Shown: piece after piece, positions 24,646-36,568 of the stretch
How the letters are laid out: each line of letters opens with the position of its first letter
How positions within the stretch are numbered: position 1 is the first letter of the stretch
Assembly (NCBI RefSeq): GCF_036321535.1
Contig: NC_087436.1
Span: 30,630,001-30,694,000, forward strand
DNA from: Camelus dromedarius
Taxonomy: Eukaryota
Reading direction: 5' to 3'
Length of the DNA: 64,000 nucleotides
Notes under the pieces: model-generated
The model's input: the letters and a program-made list of their open reading frames with translations, nothing else
Told to the model about the DNA's origin: nothing
The model's database searches: none
Translations under genes and position numbers: made by a program

Positions 24646-27154
24646 CTGTATCCCTTTATTTCATTCTTCCATATTTCTCAGTTAAACTCTTTGAACTCTC
24701 AAACCCAAATAAATAAGTAAGCAAGCAAGCATACAAATGAATACATGGTTCATATATACACCTATGGCAAGATACTGGTTGCTCAGTAAACACCTGCTAA
24801 AGAAATGAATATATTTAAAATAATAGCAAATAATAGAAATGAAAAATAAGCAGAAATAAGAGAAACCTTCCAAGAGAAAATACAAGCAGCATGCCTGAAA
24901 GGTAAGACACATACATTTAGAGAGAGATGTTTGAGAGAGAGAATGTTTATGGATCATTTCTAAACGCCAGATTGAAGAATTCTTATAGAATCTCAAAATT
25001 GGCAATAAAAAGAAACACATATTACACTGATAAAAGGTAGAAGAAAACAAAATATATTCTAATAAGGAATGAGATTATTTATTCAAATCAAGTCAAGATA
25101 TGCCATTTAAACAAAACATCACAAATTGAGCTTTTAATTTAATGTAATCAAGAGTTGAAAATTGACTTCTCTAAGTTTTAATTCTCAGTGTATCTATAAA
25201 AAAGATCAGAACTTAGGTTAAATGAACATAAATTAGGGATAATGAAGCGCTTTAATTCCAAGGGTAATTAATTAGCAGGTTCTTAATGATTTTTATTTTA
25301 AAATTATCTTGGGATTGAGTGCTATCTGCTAAAAGAATAACATAGTATCAAGGTACATAAGTCAATAAATCAAATTTCCCACATGAATGGATTATGCATC
25401 AATGTACTGTTGAGAATTGCAGGCAACAGTGAATTTCTCTTCTAGGTCCTATTCTCTGGAGCAAATTATTCATATTCCGATTGTTTTTTGAATGGGATGT
25501 GTGACTTTGAATTCAGTATATGGGGCTTCCAGCAGAATTTCCTTAACAAACATCACAGCTGTTAGGAAATCTGTCACATGGAAGCTTGATCTATGTGTTG
25601 TTTTATGAATTTCCAATACATTGCTTCTTCTGCCTCCAGCTATTCTTGAAACACCACATATTTGGTGGACCCTAAAGAAATACTTTGTGATCTAGGGTAG
25701 GTCACATAATCTCTCCAACTGGCCCTCAGATTCTACACTTTTAAAATATAAGAACTTGAGGACATGATTTAAACTACAATTAAACTACAAATCCAAGATT
25801 CTTTTGTTTTCTGAAATTTGAAGGAATTGACACCACTAGCAGTTGTTTAAACTGTTTTAGAAATCTGTTAAAGTAATTATGTTTCCATTTTAATGTAACA
25901 ATAGTGTCAACATTTTACTACATCTTAACACAAAAAAGTAAATTAAAAAATATTTGTCTCAGTCATTCGTAAGTGTTGCACAACATTTTCCAATTCACTT
26001 TACCATGTGTCCATACTTTGAAACCAAGAATTTCATCTTTACTTTTGGCATTCTTAACAATAAAAAATTCCGATTAGTAGTCAAAGTTTAAATTCTCTTA
26101 TCTTCAATTCTTGTAAACAAACCAAAAAAAGAAGGATATGTAAAACTTTTGGCTTATATTAACATAGCATATGTCCATGGTTATATAAAAAAAAAATCCA
26201 AAAGTCAACGTTCTTCAGTATTATTTCTTTAACTGTCAAATCCAAATACTCTTCTGTAATTACTTTTTTTAAAAAAAAGTCACACAAAAATTCTTCCTCA
26301 CCTCCTTAAAACATCAAGTTAAAAGCGCTCTAAAGACTTATTGCCTCCCAAAAGCTGTCAAAAACAAAAACAAAAACAAAAAATAATGGGGGAAAAGAAA
26401 TCACTATTCTATCTCCAAGAAGGTGCCAGTAGAGAAAAGCTAACTACACATAGTATTGTCATATTTCCAACAACTCCCAGAAACAAGATGGCATAATATT
26501 TTTGGCAACACAACATAAATGGGCAGTAGTAGGAGTGGTAACCAATTTTAAAGATTTTTGTTGTTGTTGTTTTATTTTCTACTTTCTTCAGAGACAATAA
26601 CCAGTTCAAATGAAGTTGTCTTTTTTTTGTCATTGTTCTATAAAAATGTCTGATAAGAAAGTATCTTTAAACCTTTCTATTTTATCTCTTTCTTATATTT
26701 CCCAAGATTTTAAGTTTTGTTATCTTATTGGTATGATCTTCTATTAGTTACAACTGATACAAAATAGATGATGCAAAAAAAAACAACATAAAGTCCACAA
26801 GTTACTCATTACACAAAATATGTCCCCTGAAAAATTGAGGCTAGTGGATAATTGTGAAAACTCCATCATTTCCCAGATTTTCTGATAGTGGCTTATTTTA
26901 TAATTTGGAAACAATCTACACAGTAATAAAAGAAACATTTTATATTAAAGAGATTTGTTGTTGCAGCAGGCCAGTAATACCAAGGACATTATAAATTAAA
27001 TTTACATAAATATTCTTTCAAAAAACTGTTTGTTGAACTACATGTTTGGTGTACTGAGATTGTCTATTCTAGATGGTAATTAAATATTTTTACTCTCCTT
27101 TAGTGATTGTCTAGAGAGTGTAACACTTAATCTCAACTTATCAGGTTTAAATAT

Positions 27155-27575
27155 ATTGTAGTTATCTATCACTGAATAAAGACTGTCCTAAACTTAGTGG
27201 TTTAAAATGGTAATGATATTTCCCAAATTAAGTGGATTTACTGGTTGGTTCTGCTTGTCACACTGGGGCTCATTCACGTAGCTTCCCCTATCTGGTACCT
27301 GGGCAATGGCAGAAGTGTCACAATGTCCCCAATCCTATGTCTGAGGCCTTTGTGCTTGCTCTCTGCTTGGGTGTTTCAGTTTTCCCCAATGTAGCCTCTC
27401 GTCTCCCAGTAGCCTTGAAAGGGTTCTTCACAGCAATGTGATCTCAGAATTCCAGGAGGGTGAGAAAGGAAACTCAGGGCCTCTTAAAGCCTGGGATCTG
27501 CACTCACAGTTCATTTCGCACAACATTTTATTGGTCAAAGCAAGACCTAATACCAAATAGAGTATTTTTACAGCA
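27155..27575 (-). mobile_element. MaLR LTR (MLT1H/I-like)
   Basis: ctaaacttagtggtttaaaa...ggttcttcacagc...ggcctcttaaagcctggg...cattttattggtcaaagcaag. Confidence 0.75.
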
Positions 27576-27679
27576 TCTAGCCCACTCTGATCAAAAAAGA
27601 TATCGTAACTTAAGAGTTCAGTACTAGCAAACAAAAGCATTTGGTAACAGACAGAAAGGAAGGGGCCAAAAGAAACTAG

Positions 27680-28200
27680 CGCATTGGAAAGATTAGCCAA
27701 ATGTTTGGAGAAACTATAGTTCATGATAATCTGAAAGACAGATCAGATGCCTACCAGCTCAAGGGGAAACTTTTGGAGAGAATCATAAATAATAACAGTG
27801 TGTGTTGGTTATGACTAGCTGACTTTCGTAATGTATGATCAGAAAGAAATAAAGTCAGGAAAGGGATTGGCTGATTGCAAACAAAAATGAAATAAAGTGG
27901 AATTGAGACAGGGCCCTGAAGGATTTGAAAAGCTTTCTGTACCCAGAAAGCATAAAATGGGAGTTTAAGAAGCCTTTGAGCAACACGGATTATTAAAACT
28001 AAGTGTTGCAGCAAAGATCAGATGGAGACTGGCCTCTCCACCCACGCCAGAAGATCTCACAGTAGACTTCATTAAGTTAAAAGAGATTTCTAGAGGTAAG
28101 AAAGCAAAGATAAATCAGCCTTGAGAATTATGTGTAGAAGATACTCTCGGTATGGTTACTGGCATAGAAAACTAACTGGAAGTAAAAGAGATCTGAACTG
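27680..28200 (+). mobile_element. MaLR internal sequence fragment (MLT1-int-like)
   Basis: gtgtgtgttggttatgactagctg...agaaagaaataaagtcaggaaagg; gcagcaaagatcagat; ccttgagaattatgtgtagaa; actaactggaagtaaaagagatc. Confidence 0.6.
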
Positions 28201-28259
28201 TACTACTTTCCAAAGAATTCATTTCTACAGATACCATATGCTTAAAAAAAGTTTTTATA

Positions 28260-28686
28260 TATAATATAGATTGAATTGCTTCCTCCCAATATTCATGTGC
28301 CATAACGCCTAGTACCTCAAAAGGTGATTTTTTTTTTTTTTTTTTTAGAAATAAGGTCATTGCAGAAGTAAGTAATTAAAATGAGGTCATGCTGGGCCCC
28401 GATTCCAACAACACTGGTGTCCTAGGGGAAATGTGGACACAGAGACACACCCGGGGAGGACGCCATGTGAAGGTGAAGGTAGGTATCTACAGCGAAGGAA
28501 CACCAAAGAAACCACAAAAGGCTAGAGAAGAAGAATGGACCAGATTCTCCCTCAGAAGGAATCAACTCTGCCAACACCTTTATCTCAGACCGCTGGCCTC
28601 CAGAACTGTGAGACAATGAATTTTTGTTATTTAAGCCACCCAGCTTATGTAGTATTTTGTTATAGCGGCCCTAGAAAACTAATACA
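28260..28686 (+). mobile_element. MaLR LTR (MLT1B/C-like)
   Basis: gaaataaggtcattgcaga...gacacagagacacac...gccatgtgaag...ggcctccagaactgtgagacaatgaattt...gccctagaaaactaataCA. Confidence 0.9.
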
Positions 28687-29149
28687 GTACCTTAAAAAAT
28701 ACATGCACCCACACACAAAACAAAACAAACAAAAATCAACACCTTTCAGTTCACCATAAATCCAAATATCATCAAGGGTCTCCACTTAGTACCACATGTG
28801 GGGATGATTTGTGATTCCTACCCAGAGAAATTACCAAATTGTTATGGATGATTAACTGTTGTATGTCCCACCCTTTTTCATGGAAATCAAATTTCTATTA
28901 TTGTTATTCTATCACTGTTTGATTTTTATTTTAATAGTGGACCAGTTACTTTTTAGTTCACAGGTTGTCAAGGGACCATTGGGATCTGATGTCTTTGTCC
29001 AGAAATCTTGGATTTTTTGCTGGATACAATATTAGCTGTGGCTTTGGAGTCTCCCTCTTGAGGGGATGTTCTGTGTGTGGAAAAAGGACCAAAATCAGCC
29101 TTATTCTATGTCCACCCTTTTCCTTACCTTTGCTCTGTAGCACTGTTAA

Positions 29150-29420
29150 GCCTGGTATCTCTTGCATGTGTCCACCCTTCAAGTACTTGAAGGCAACTAT
29201 CTAGTTCATACTTAACCTCAACAAAACCATTCCTCGTTTGATGTCATTTTCTTCACTATGCTAGTCCTCCTTTAGATACAATTTCTTTTTCAATGTCTTT
29301 CATAAAATGTGAAACACAAAATTCAATCTAACCGAGGCCTCCCTATGAAGTCTGACCAGGGGAGATTATAATGTGATTCGTGCAACTTAGATTTTAGCCT
29401 TTCAACATTACAAGTTCTTT
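29150..29420 (-). mobile_element. L3/CR1 fragment
   Basis: cccttcaagtacttgaaggcaactat; tcaatgtctttcataaaatgtg; tgaagtctgaccag. Confidence 0.55.
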
Positions 29421-30060
29421 TTGTGATCTGATACCAAGCATCCTTAAAGCTTAGGGAATAGCTAACTCTAAATACATTTTCTTAAAATGCATTAATTCAG
29501 CTTTATCCTACAGTTTAAAATCCTAGAGATTTATTAAGAGATTGCTATTGCTATTTCCAGATCTTTGTCATTATTGCTACATCACCTGATCCAGTAATAT
29601 CAAAAAGAGATGTTCATCTGACACCAGATCAAAGTCATAGATTATTTTCTGGTAAAGAAAATAATATAAGCAACTTCTCACTGAAAAAATTACACACCAT
29701 GGGAAAAAAATGTTAGAAACATCATATAATCTAATGCAGAGAATGAGGCACACTAGTTACATGGTACTCTAGAAATCATTGTAAAAAGTACAGTATGTCA
29801 ATTATAAAACATAAAAGCCACAAAAAACCTAAAAATCATATTATTTTAAGACATTATATTTCAGATCCTAACAGAGCAGTAAATAGGATTTCTCTCTTAC
29901 AACAATCATTTTTCCAACTACAGCTTTTTTTCAGTGTGAAAAATATAAGCGTAATGGATATAGCACCACACCAGAGCAAAGAGTTTTGGTTATCATTTAT
30001 TACAGTTGTGAGACTAAGCAAGGCATTTAAACTTCCTAAGAATAAGCTATCTCCTTTTTG

Positions 30061-30173
30061 TTTCATTCTTTTTTTTCTTCTTTTTCTTTTTTTAATGGAG
30101 GTACTAGGGATTGAAGCCAGGACCTCATGCCTGCTAAGCACACCCTCTACCACTGAACTATTCCCACTCCTCC
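30061..30173 (-). mobile_element. tRNA-Ala(AGC)-derived SINE (camelid Vic-1 type)
   Basis: Minus strand reads GGGAATAGTTCAGTGGTAGAGGGTGTGCTTAGCAGGCATGAGGTCCTGGCTTCAATCCCTAGTACCTCCA followed by an A-rich tail, with A and B boxes. 16-bp TSD agct(a/g)tctcctttttg at 30045-30060 and 30174-30189. Confidence 0.92.
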
Positions 30174-30364
30174 AGCTGTCTCCTTTTTGAATACAAGAAT
30201 CAAATGCGCTCATTTCTAACCTCTTTTAGACCTGATTTTCTATTGATCGATTACTCTATTTCAGATTAAGAATCTGTCTCAATTAAACTCTGTTTTTTTA
30301 AAGTTGCTACTTAATACATTTTGCTTTTTAAATTAAGTGTTTTGTCATAAAATTCACATTGGAT

Positions 30365-31980
30365 AATTTTTTTTCAAAAAGTTGAAGTATTGTTTATTTA
30401 CAATATTATATTTGCTCCAGGTGTACAAGATAATGATTAAATATTTTTATAGATTATAATCCATTTAACATTATTACATACTATTGGCTATACTCCCTGT
30501 GCTACACAATGTATCCTTGTAGCTTATTTATTTTATACATGGAAGTTTGTACCTCTTAATCCCCTACCCTATCTTGCCCCTCCCTTCTTCCCTCTCTACA
30601 CTGGTAACCACTAGCTTATTCACCATATCTGTTAGCCTGTTTCTGTTCCGTTATACTCACTTATTTTTTTAGATTCCACATATAAATGATACCATATGAT
30701 ACTTACCTTTCTCTGTCTGCTTATTTCACTAAGCATAGTACCCTCCAAGTCCACTCATGTTGTTGCAAATGGCAAAACTTTGTTCTTTTTTATGGCTAAG
30801 CATTTCCTTTATTCATTCATCTGTTGATAGACATCTTAGTTGCTTCTATATCTTGGCTATTATAAATAATGCTCCTATGAACATTGGGGTGCATGTATCT
30901 TTTTGAATTGATTTTTTTGCAACTTTATTTTTTTATTTTATATATATATATATATTTAACATTTTTTATTGAGTTATAGTCATTTTACAATGTTGTGTCA
31001 AATTCCAGTGTAGAGCACAATTTTTCAATTATACATGAATATACATATATTCATAGTCACATTCTTTTTTCACTGTGAGCTACAAGATCTTGTATATATT
31101 TCCCTGTGCTATACAGTATAATCTTGTTTATCTATTCTGCATATGCTTGTCAGTATCTACAAATTTTGAAATCCCAGTCTGTCCCTTCTGACTCCCCCAC
31201 CCCCTTGGCAACCACAAGTTTGTATTCTATGTCTATGAATCTGTTTCTGTTTTGTATTTATGTTCATTTTTAAATTTCTTTTAGATTCCAGATATGAGCA
31301 ATTTCATATGGTATTTTTCTTTCTCTTTCTGGCTTACTTCACTTAGAATGACATTATCCAGGAACATCCATGTTGCTGCAAATGGGGTTATGTTGTCATT
31401 TTCATGGCTGAATAGTATTCCATTGTATAAATATACCACATCTTCTTTATCCAGTCATCTGTTGATGGACATTTAGGCTGTTTCCATGTCTTGGCTATTG
31501 TAAATAGTGATGCTATGAACATTGGGGTGCAGGCATCTTTTTGAAGTAGGGTTCCTTCTGTATATATGCCCAGGAGTGAGATTACTGGGTCATATGGTAA
31601 CTCTATTCCTAGTCTTTTGAGGAATCTCCATACTGTTTTCTGCAGTGGCTGCACCAAACTGCATTCCCACCAGCAGTATAGGAGGGTTCTCTTTTGAAGT
31701 AATGTTTTTGTTTTCTTTGAATATATACCCAGGAGTGGAATTGCTGGATCATATGGTAGTTCTATTTTTAGTTTTTGAGGAACCACCATAGGTTTTTCAT
31801 AGTGACTGCACCAATTTAAATTCCTACCAGGGGTGCACTAGAGTTCCCTTTTCTCCACATCCTCATCAAAACTTATTTGTGGACTTTTTGATGATAGTCG
31901 TTCCATCAGCTATGAGGTGATATCTCACTGTGGTTTGGATTTGCATTTCCCTAATGATTAGTGATGTTGAACATCTTTCA
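30365..31980 (-). mobile_element. Host L1, non-inverted 3' part (interrupted at about 30920-31689)
   Basis: Poly(T), 3' UTR and ORF2 C-terminus. The sequence resumes collinearly after the nested insert (...gcatgtatcttttgaa...atatacccaggagtggaattgctggatcatatgg). Left TSD tcacattggat at 30354-30364. Confidence 0.9.
30920..31689 (-). mobile_element. Younger camelid-type L1 nested in the host L1
   Basis: Has its own T/TA-rich tail, 3' UTR and ORF2 C-terminus ([14 protein letters not shown]...IELPYDP...CTPMFIASLFTIAKTWKQPKCPS). Degenerate TSD tctttttgaattgatttttttg / tcttttgaagtaatgtttttg. Confidence 0.9.
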
Positions 31981-31984
31981 AGTA

Positions 31985-32793
31985 AACAATTGCATCAAAA
32001 AGAATAAAATATCTAGGAATACATTTAACCAAGGAAGTGAAAGACCTATACTCTGAAAACTATGAAACACTGATGAATAAAATTGAAGATGATACAAAAG
32101 CAGCCCATGTTCATGGATTGGATGAATTAATATTATTAAAATGTCCCTACTATCCAAAGCAATCTACAGATTTAATGTAATCCCTATCAAAATACCAATG
32201 ACATTTTTCACAGAACTAGAACAAATAATCCTACAATTTGTATGGAACCACAAAAGATCCCAAACAGCCAAAGCAAGCTTGAGGGGAAAAAAGAACAAAG
32301 CTGGAGGTATAATGCTCCCAGACTTCAGCATATACTACAAAGTTACCATAATCCAAACAGTATGGTACTGACACAAAAAAAGAAACACAGGTCAGTGGAA
32401 TAGAATAGAGAGCCCAGAAATAAACCCATGTACATATATGCTCAATTAATCTATGACAAGGGAGGCAAGAATATACAATGGAGAAAAGACAGTTTCTTTA
32501 ATAAGTGAAGCTGGAAAAACTGGACAGCTACATATGAAAGAGTGAGATTAAAACATTTCCTCACACTATATACACAAATAAACTCAAAATGGATTAAATA
32601 CCAAAATGTAAGACCTGAAATCATAAAACTCCCAGAAGAGAACATAGGCACAACACTCTTTGACATAAATAGTAGCAATATTTTTTTGACTCTGTCTCCT
32701 AAGGCAAAGGAAACAAAAGGAAAAATAAACAAATGGGACCTAATTAAACACTAAAGCTTTTGCACAGCAAAGAAAACCGCCGACAAAATGAAA
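31985..32793 (+). mobile_element. Inverted 5' segment of host L1 (ORF2 pseudogene)
   Basis: ORF2 peptides ([33 protein letters not shown]...KINKWDLIK) on the opposite strand. Right TSD tcacattggat at 32794-32804. Confidence 0.9.
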
Positions 32794-33299
32794 TCACATT
32801 GGATCTTATTGAACAGTGACTTAAGCTAACAATTAAGCTTTTCTAATAAAATTACGAGTTCAGAACAGTATCTGTGCTTCCCTGCTTCCAAATCCTTGTG
32901 CAGGAAGAAATCATAATTTCTTCAAATAAAATTAATGCTAGTTTTGCATTTGAAGTGTTTAAATCTAATTATTTCTCATTTCTCTTGCACCCTGAAGGTA
33001 TACAGTACTCTTTACTAATGATTCAGGTATGTGGGATTGTGTCTCCTATCCTCATGTTCCTGCCTGGAGCAGTAATGGAAAATCTGACTAAATATGGAAG
33101 CAATGCTGAGGGAAGCATTGCTCCTCTTTCCTCTTCCTACCTCTTCCTCTTGAAATTGGTAGTGATTAAGCTATTAAAATACATTAACAGTTTAAAGATC
33201 ACTTGCTATGCACATCTCCTATTTCATCTCTCCTATTTAACTCAGGGCCAAGTTTTCTATAGGTCATTCATTTTGGCAACTGCTTCTCTTGTAATAAAC

Positions 33300-33400
33300 A
33301 CATTTGCCTTGTTGGAAGTTTACAGGAACATTGTGATGAGACCTATGTGGACTGCTGCAAGAACAAAGGATTCCTATACCAGAAAGTTTGCAACAACCAG

Positions 33401-33440
<40 letters not shown>

Positions 33441-33616
33441 TTAATATAAAAGAAGTCTGAATTCTAGCTCCAGTAAGATGGTTTTTAGGACACTAGTTCG
33501 CAATTTTTTCAGCCTGCTGGCTTTCTGAACAAAGTCCTATTCCTTACCCCAACAACTAGTCTCTTTATTTACTGGTTTGTCCTGCAGTAAGCAATATGAG
33601 CTTGGAATTGGTAAAA
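33300..33616 (+). mobile_element. ERV1-type LTR 3' portion containing (CA)n at 33403-33438
   Basis: TATA-like tataaaag, then aacaaagtcctattccttaccccaacaac...tttactggtttgtcctgcagtaagca..gagcttggaattggtaa, like MER41-group LTR ends. 5' boundary uncertain. Confidence 0.6.
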
Positions 33617-33799
33617 AAAAAATTGAGCAGAATAAGTTTTTTAAAATATATAATGTGTTTATCAAGTAATATTAATACATCAATGTCAGCTTGATATCTT
33701 CATTAGAAGAATTAAAAAAAAAAAGAGAGTAGTCAGATTATCTTACCTTCAGTTTCATGAGAAAGTATAAAAACTGTTGGACCTTCAAACATTGCTTAG

Positions 33800-34335
33800 T
33801 GTAGGTGAGCAAAATTTGCCACTCCAAAATGTGTCTCTTTGGCATAAGGATTAATTTGAGCAGATTATTTTTAAGACACAGAAGACTCAGGAAATCTTTT
33901 TACCTTCCCCTTAGCTGTCTAATTTAGATAGAGGTCCTATCCCTGGAATAGAGCAAGGGACAGCCTCAAAGAATACAGGCTGGTTGTGGTGTGGGAAATT
34001 GGGCAGGGCCTAAAGATCAGAGTTCACTCTGTCAGCCCAACAAACATCTATTTACCAGACATTTGCTTTTCCATCTCCATGTGAACTGCCTTACTCCTTT
34101 TTGAAATCCCAAACCACTACCCCCAACATCCTCTTTTGTCTTTAGCTGAAGATGTTATTTAAGGTGAGGTAGTTGGCCTTTTTGGTGAAATACTCAGTTT
34201 TCCTGGGTCTCTCTCATGCATATACATTATTAAACTTTTGTTTGATTTTTCTCCTGTTAATCGTCTCATGTCAATGTAATTCTTAGACCAGCCAGAGAAC
34301 TTAGACGGGTAGGGAAAAATTTCTTCTTTGTGACA
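33800..34335 (+). mobile_element. ERV1 solo LTR (MER34-like), full length
   Basis: TG...CA termini, exact 4-bp TSD ttag (33796-33799, 34336-34339), TATA-like tatttaa and ATTAAA poly(A) signal. Confidence 0.9.
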
Positions 34336-34494
34336 TTAGTCAAGTTCATTTTACAGTGTCTCAGCTAAATAAAGACTAAGTTGAGAATGAATTATCTAAT
34401 CCATTAGAGATGCCTAGATAAATGATAGTTATGATTCAGGGTTTTAAAATCTAGACACAATTCTTGAAAATGTTCAGGAATGTTTAATGAATGT

Positions 34495-34770
34495 TTTATT
34501 CATTCATTCACTCATTCTTCAGCAATTTATCATTCATACATTCATTTCTTAAGTATTCATTGAGGATCTACATATGTAAGACTCAATATGAGTTTTGCTT
34601 GCTTTCTTGAAGATCATAATCTTAGAGGGGGAAAAGTGTCACATGATTAATCAAGTATGTAATTAATTATTTTAATTGTGGGAAGCACTAAGGTAAAGAT
34701 TATGGTTGTAAGGAAATGGATAAGAGTATCTGTCTAACCTGGGTAATTAGGAAAGCTGTTCATGAGCAAT
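34495..34770 (-). mobile_element. L2 3' end
   Basis: (ttca)n tail, gtattcattgaggatctac, tgtctaacctgggtaattaggaaagct. Confidence 0.6.
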
Positions 34771-34779
34771 GGCCTACCA

Positions 34780-35010
34780 ACAGGGATGGCTAACAGTGGG
34801 AGCAGTCTGTCCTCAGGGGAGAAATATTTTATCATGACATTATTCAGAATTATCAGTGCATGGTGGGGGAAAAAAAAAAGCAGACCAAATTCTTAGTTGG
34901 CTTTATTATTGTTTTAAAGTTTCCAAATTTTCCACAAATTATGGGTACCTCTTACTGTCTGCAGCATGGATAGGCTACTATCACTGTCTTTCCTTTGATA
35001 AAAACTGTCC
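34780..35010 (-). mobile_element. hAT-Tip100-type DNA transposon fragment (Arthur1-like)
   Basis: attttatcatgacattattcagaatt..cagtgcatggtg...aaaaagcagacc...ttagttggctttattattgttttaaa. Confidence 0.5.
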
Positions 35011-36350
35011 GTGAGTTAATGACTTATAAATAAAACAACATTTCTACAAAACTCTTAATCATGTGAAGCTAGTGAGAAAACAGAATCCATGTCACTCATG
35101 TAACACACTAAAGGGACTCAGTTGAAGAGCTACAAACAAATTTTAAATGTGGACATGGAGACTGTAATTTCTCATACTCGATTTTCCCCTAAGAGTCCCA
35201 TCACTGCTTCTCCACCACACTTTTTTTCAGGCTGACATAGATACACTCTACAATAATGGACATTGAGAGGACACATGCATACACACACACACACACGCCT
35301 GCTCTATTTTGAGGGCAAAATACATACACACACAGTCTTTTGAAGAAATGTTCTGACATATTAGATTAGAGAGATTTCGATTCATTCTGTTCTAGAAGCT
35401 TCTTATACTGGATAAATGTTCGTTGGATTGATCCAGTTAGTGAAAAAAATTAAAACTATAGATATGAATGGATGACTAACAATTTCATTTTTATTAAAAT
35501 TGAGAAATAGGATTATATTCTGCAGAAGAGTTCTTATTTTTCAGGAATCTTGCCTTGTCATTTTTGACTTTGACTTAATGTTTCTGTATAATATACTGTT
35601 CTTAAGCTAGTGTTAATTTTCTCAAATTTGAACATAAAATTTTAGCTCAAAATCTCATTTCTCTTTTTTGTTAATAAAACCCTTATATCTACATCACTTC
35701 TACATTTTAAAACTGTGCCTAATTATAGTTTTGAAACTTTCACATATTAAAAATATGTAATGGTTAATTGTGCTTTTAGTCAGAACATGAATATTGATGC
35801 CAAAAATGGAACCAATATTACATATGTGAAATGAAAGATTGCTTCTTAAGGGTCTAATGCTAATACATATTAGTATACACAATTTAAAAAGTTTAAATGT
35901 ACACGTGCAATCAAAAGGAAAAGCAATCATTTTTATATTTAACAAGAAAATCAGTTTTGTTAGTTAAAAAGTATTTAACTATGCAAAATGAATTTTTAGT
36001 CCTATTTTTAGCCTTTTATAATTAGGAGACAATTTAATCAGCACAAATAAGTCACATTATTAGTGTCAATCTCATATATTTGGGAAAAAAATGGAGCTAA
36101 TTATGGAGATGTGCTAAATGGAATAGAAATATGTAAGAGTTTTGAGAATGTTAAAATTTCTTTAAATGATAGGAACTTATTTTAAAATCCAGGTTTTTGA
36201 AGATCAACTATGTTTCATGCTGGCGGGAAATGAAGCTTGAATACCTTTAGATAAATTTTATAACCTAAATAGAATTTAAAAATATCTTCATTTTAAATAT
36301 TTGCTGAAAACTATATTTCTTAAGTAGTAACTAAATTCCTTCCTCTAAAT

Positions 36351-36568
36351 CAAAGTGACTTAACATCAGTGCTACTGACATTTTGAACTGGATAATTTTC
36401 TGTTGTGGGAGGCTGTCTTGTGCATTGTTGGATGTTTAGGGGCATCCCTGGTCTCCAACCCCAGATGCCAGAAGCATAGCCCCTTTTCAGATGTGACAAC
36501 CAAAAATATCCCTGGACATTACCCAAAGTCCCTTAGGGAGGAGATTCCCACTTGGTTGAGAACCACTG
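36351..36568 (-). mobile_element. MER20 hAT-Charlie DNA transposon, full length
   Basis: Characteristic body ending ggttgagaaccactg, with an exact 8-bp TSD ctctaaat (36343-36350, 36569-36576). Confidence 0.93.

Noticed and set aside
26262..26280. Near-palindrome ac(t)7(a)8gt
   Set aside because: Homopolymer-driven and expected in AT-rich DNA.
30095..30166. Functional tRNA-Ala gene
   Set aside because: It has an A-rich tail and TSD, plus substitutions in the stems and B box, so it is a SINE copy.
32874..33449. Longest ORF (191 aa)
   Set aside because: Non-ATG start, runs into an LTR and a (CA)n tract (THTHTH), and has no recognisable domain.
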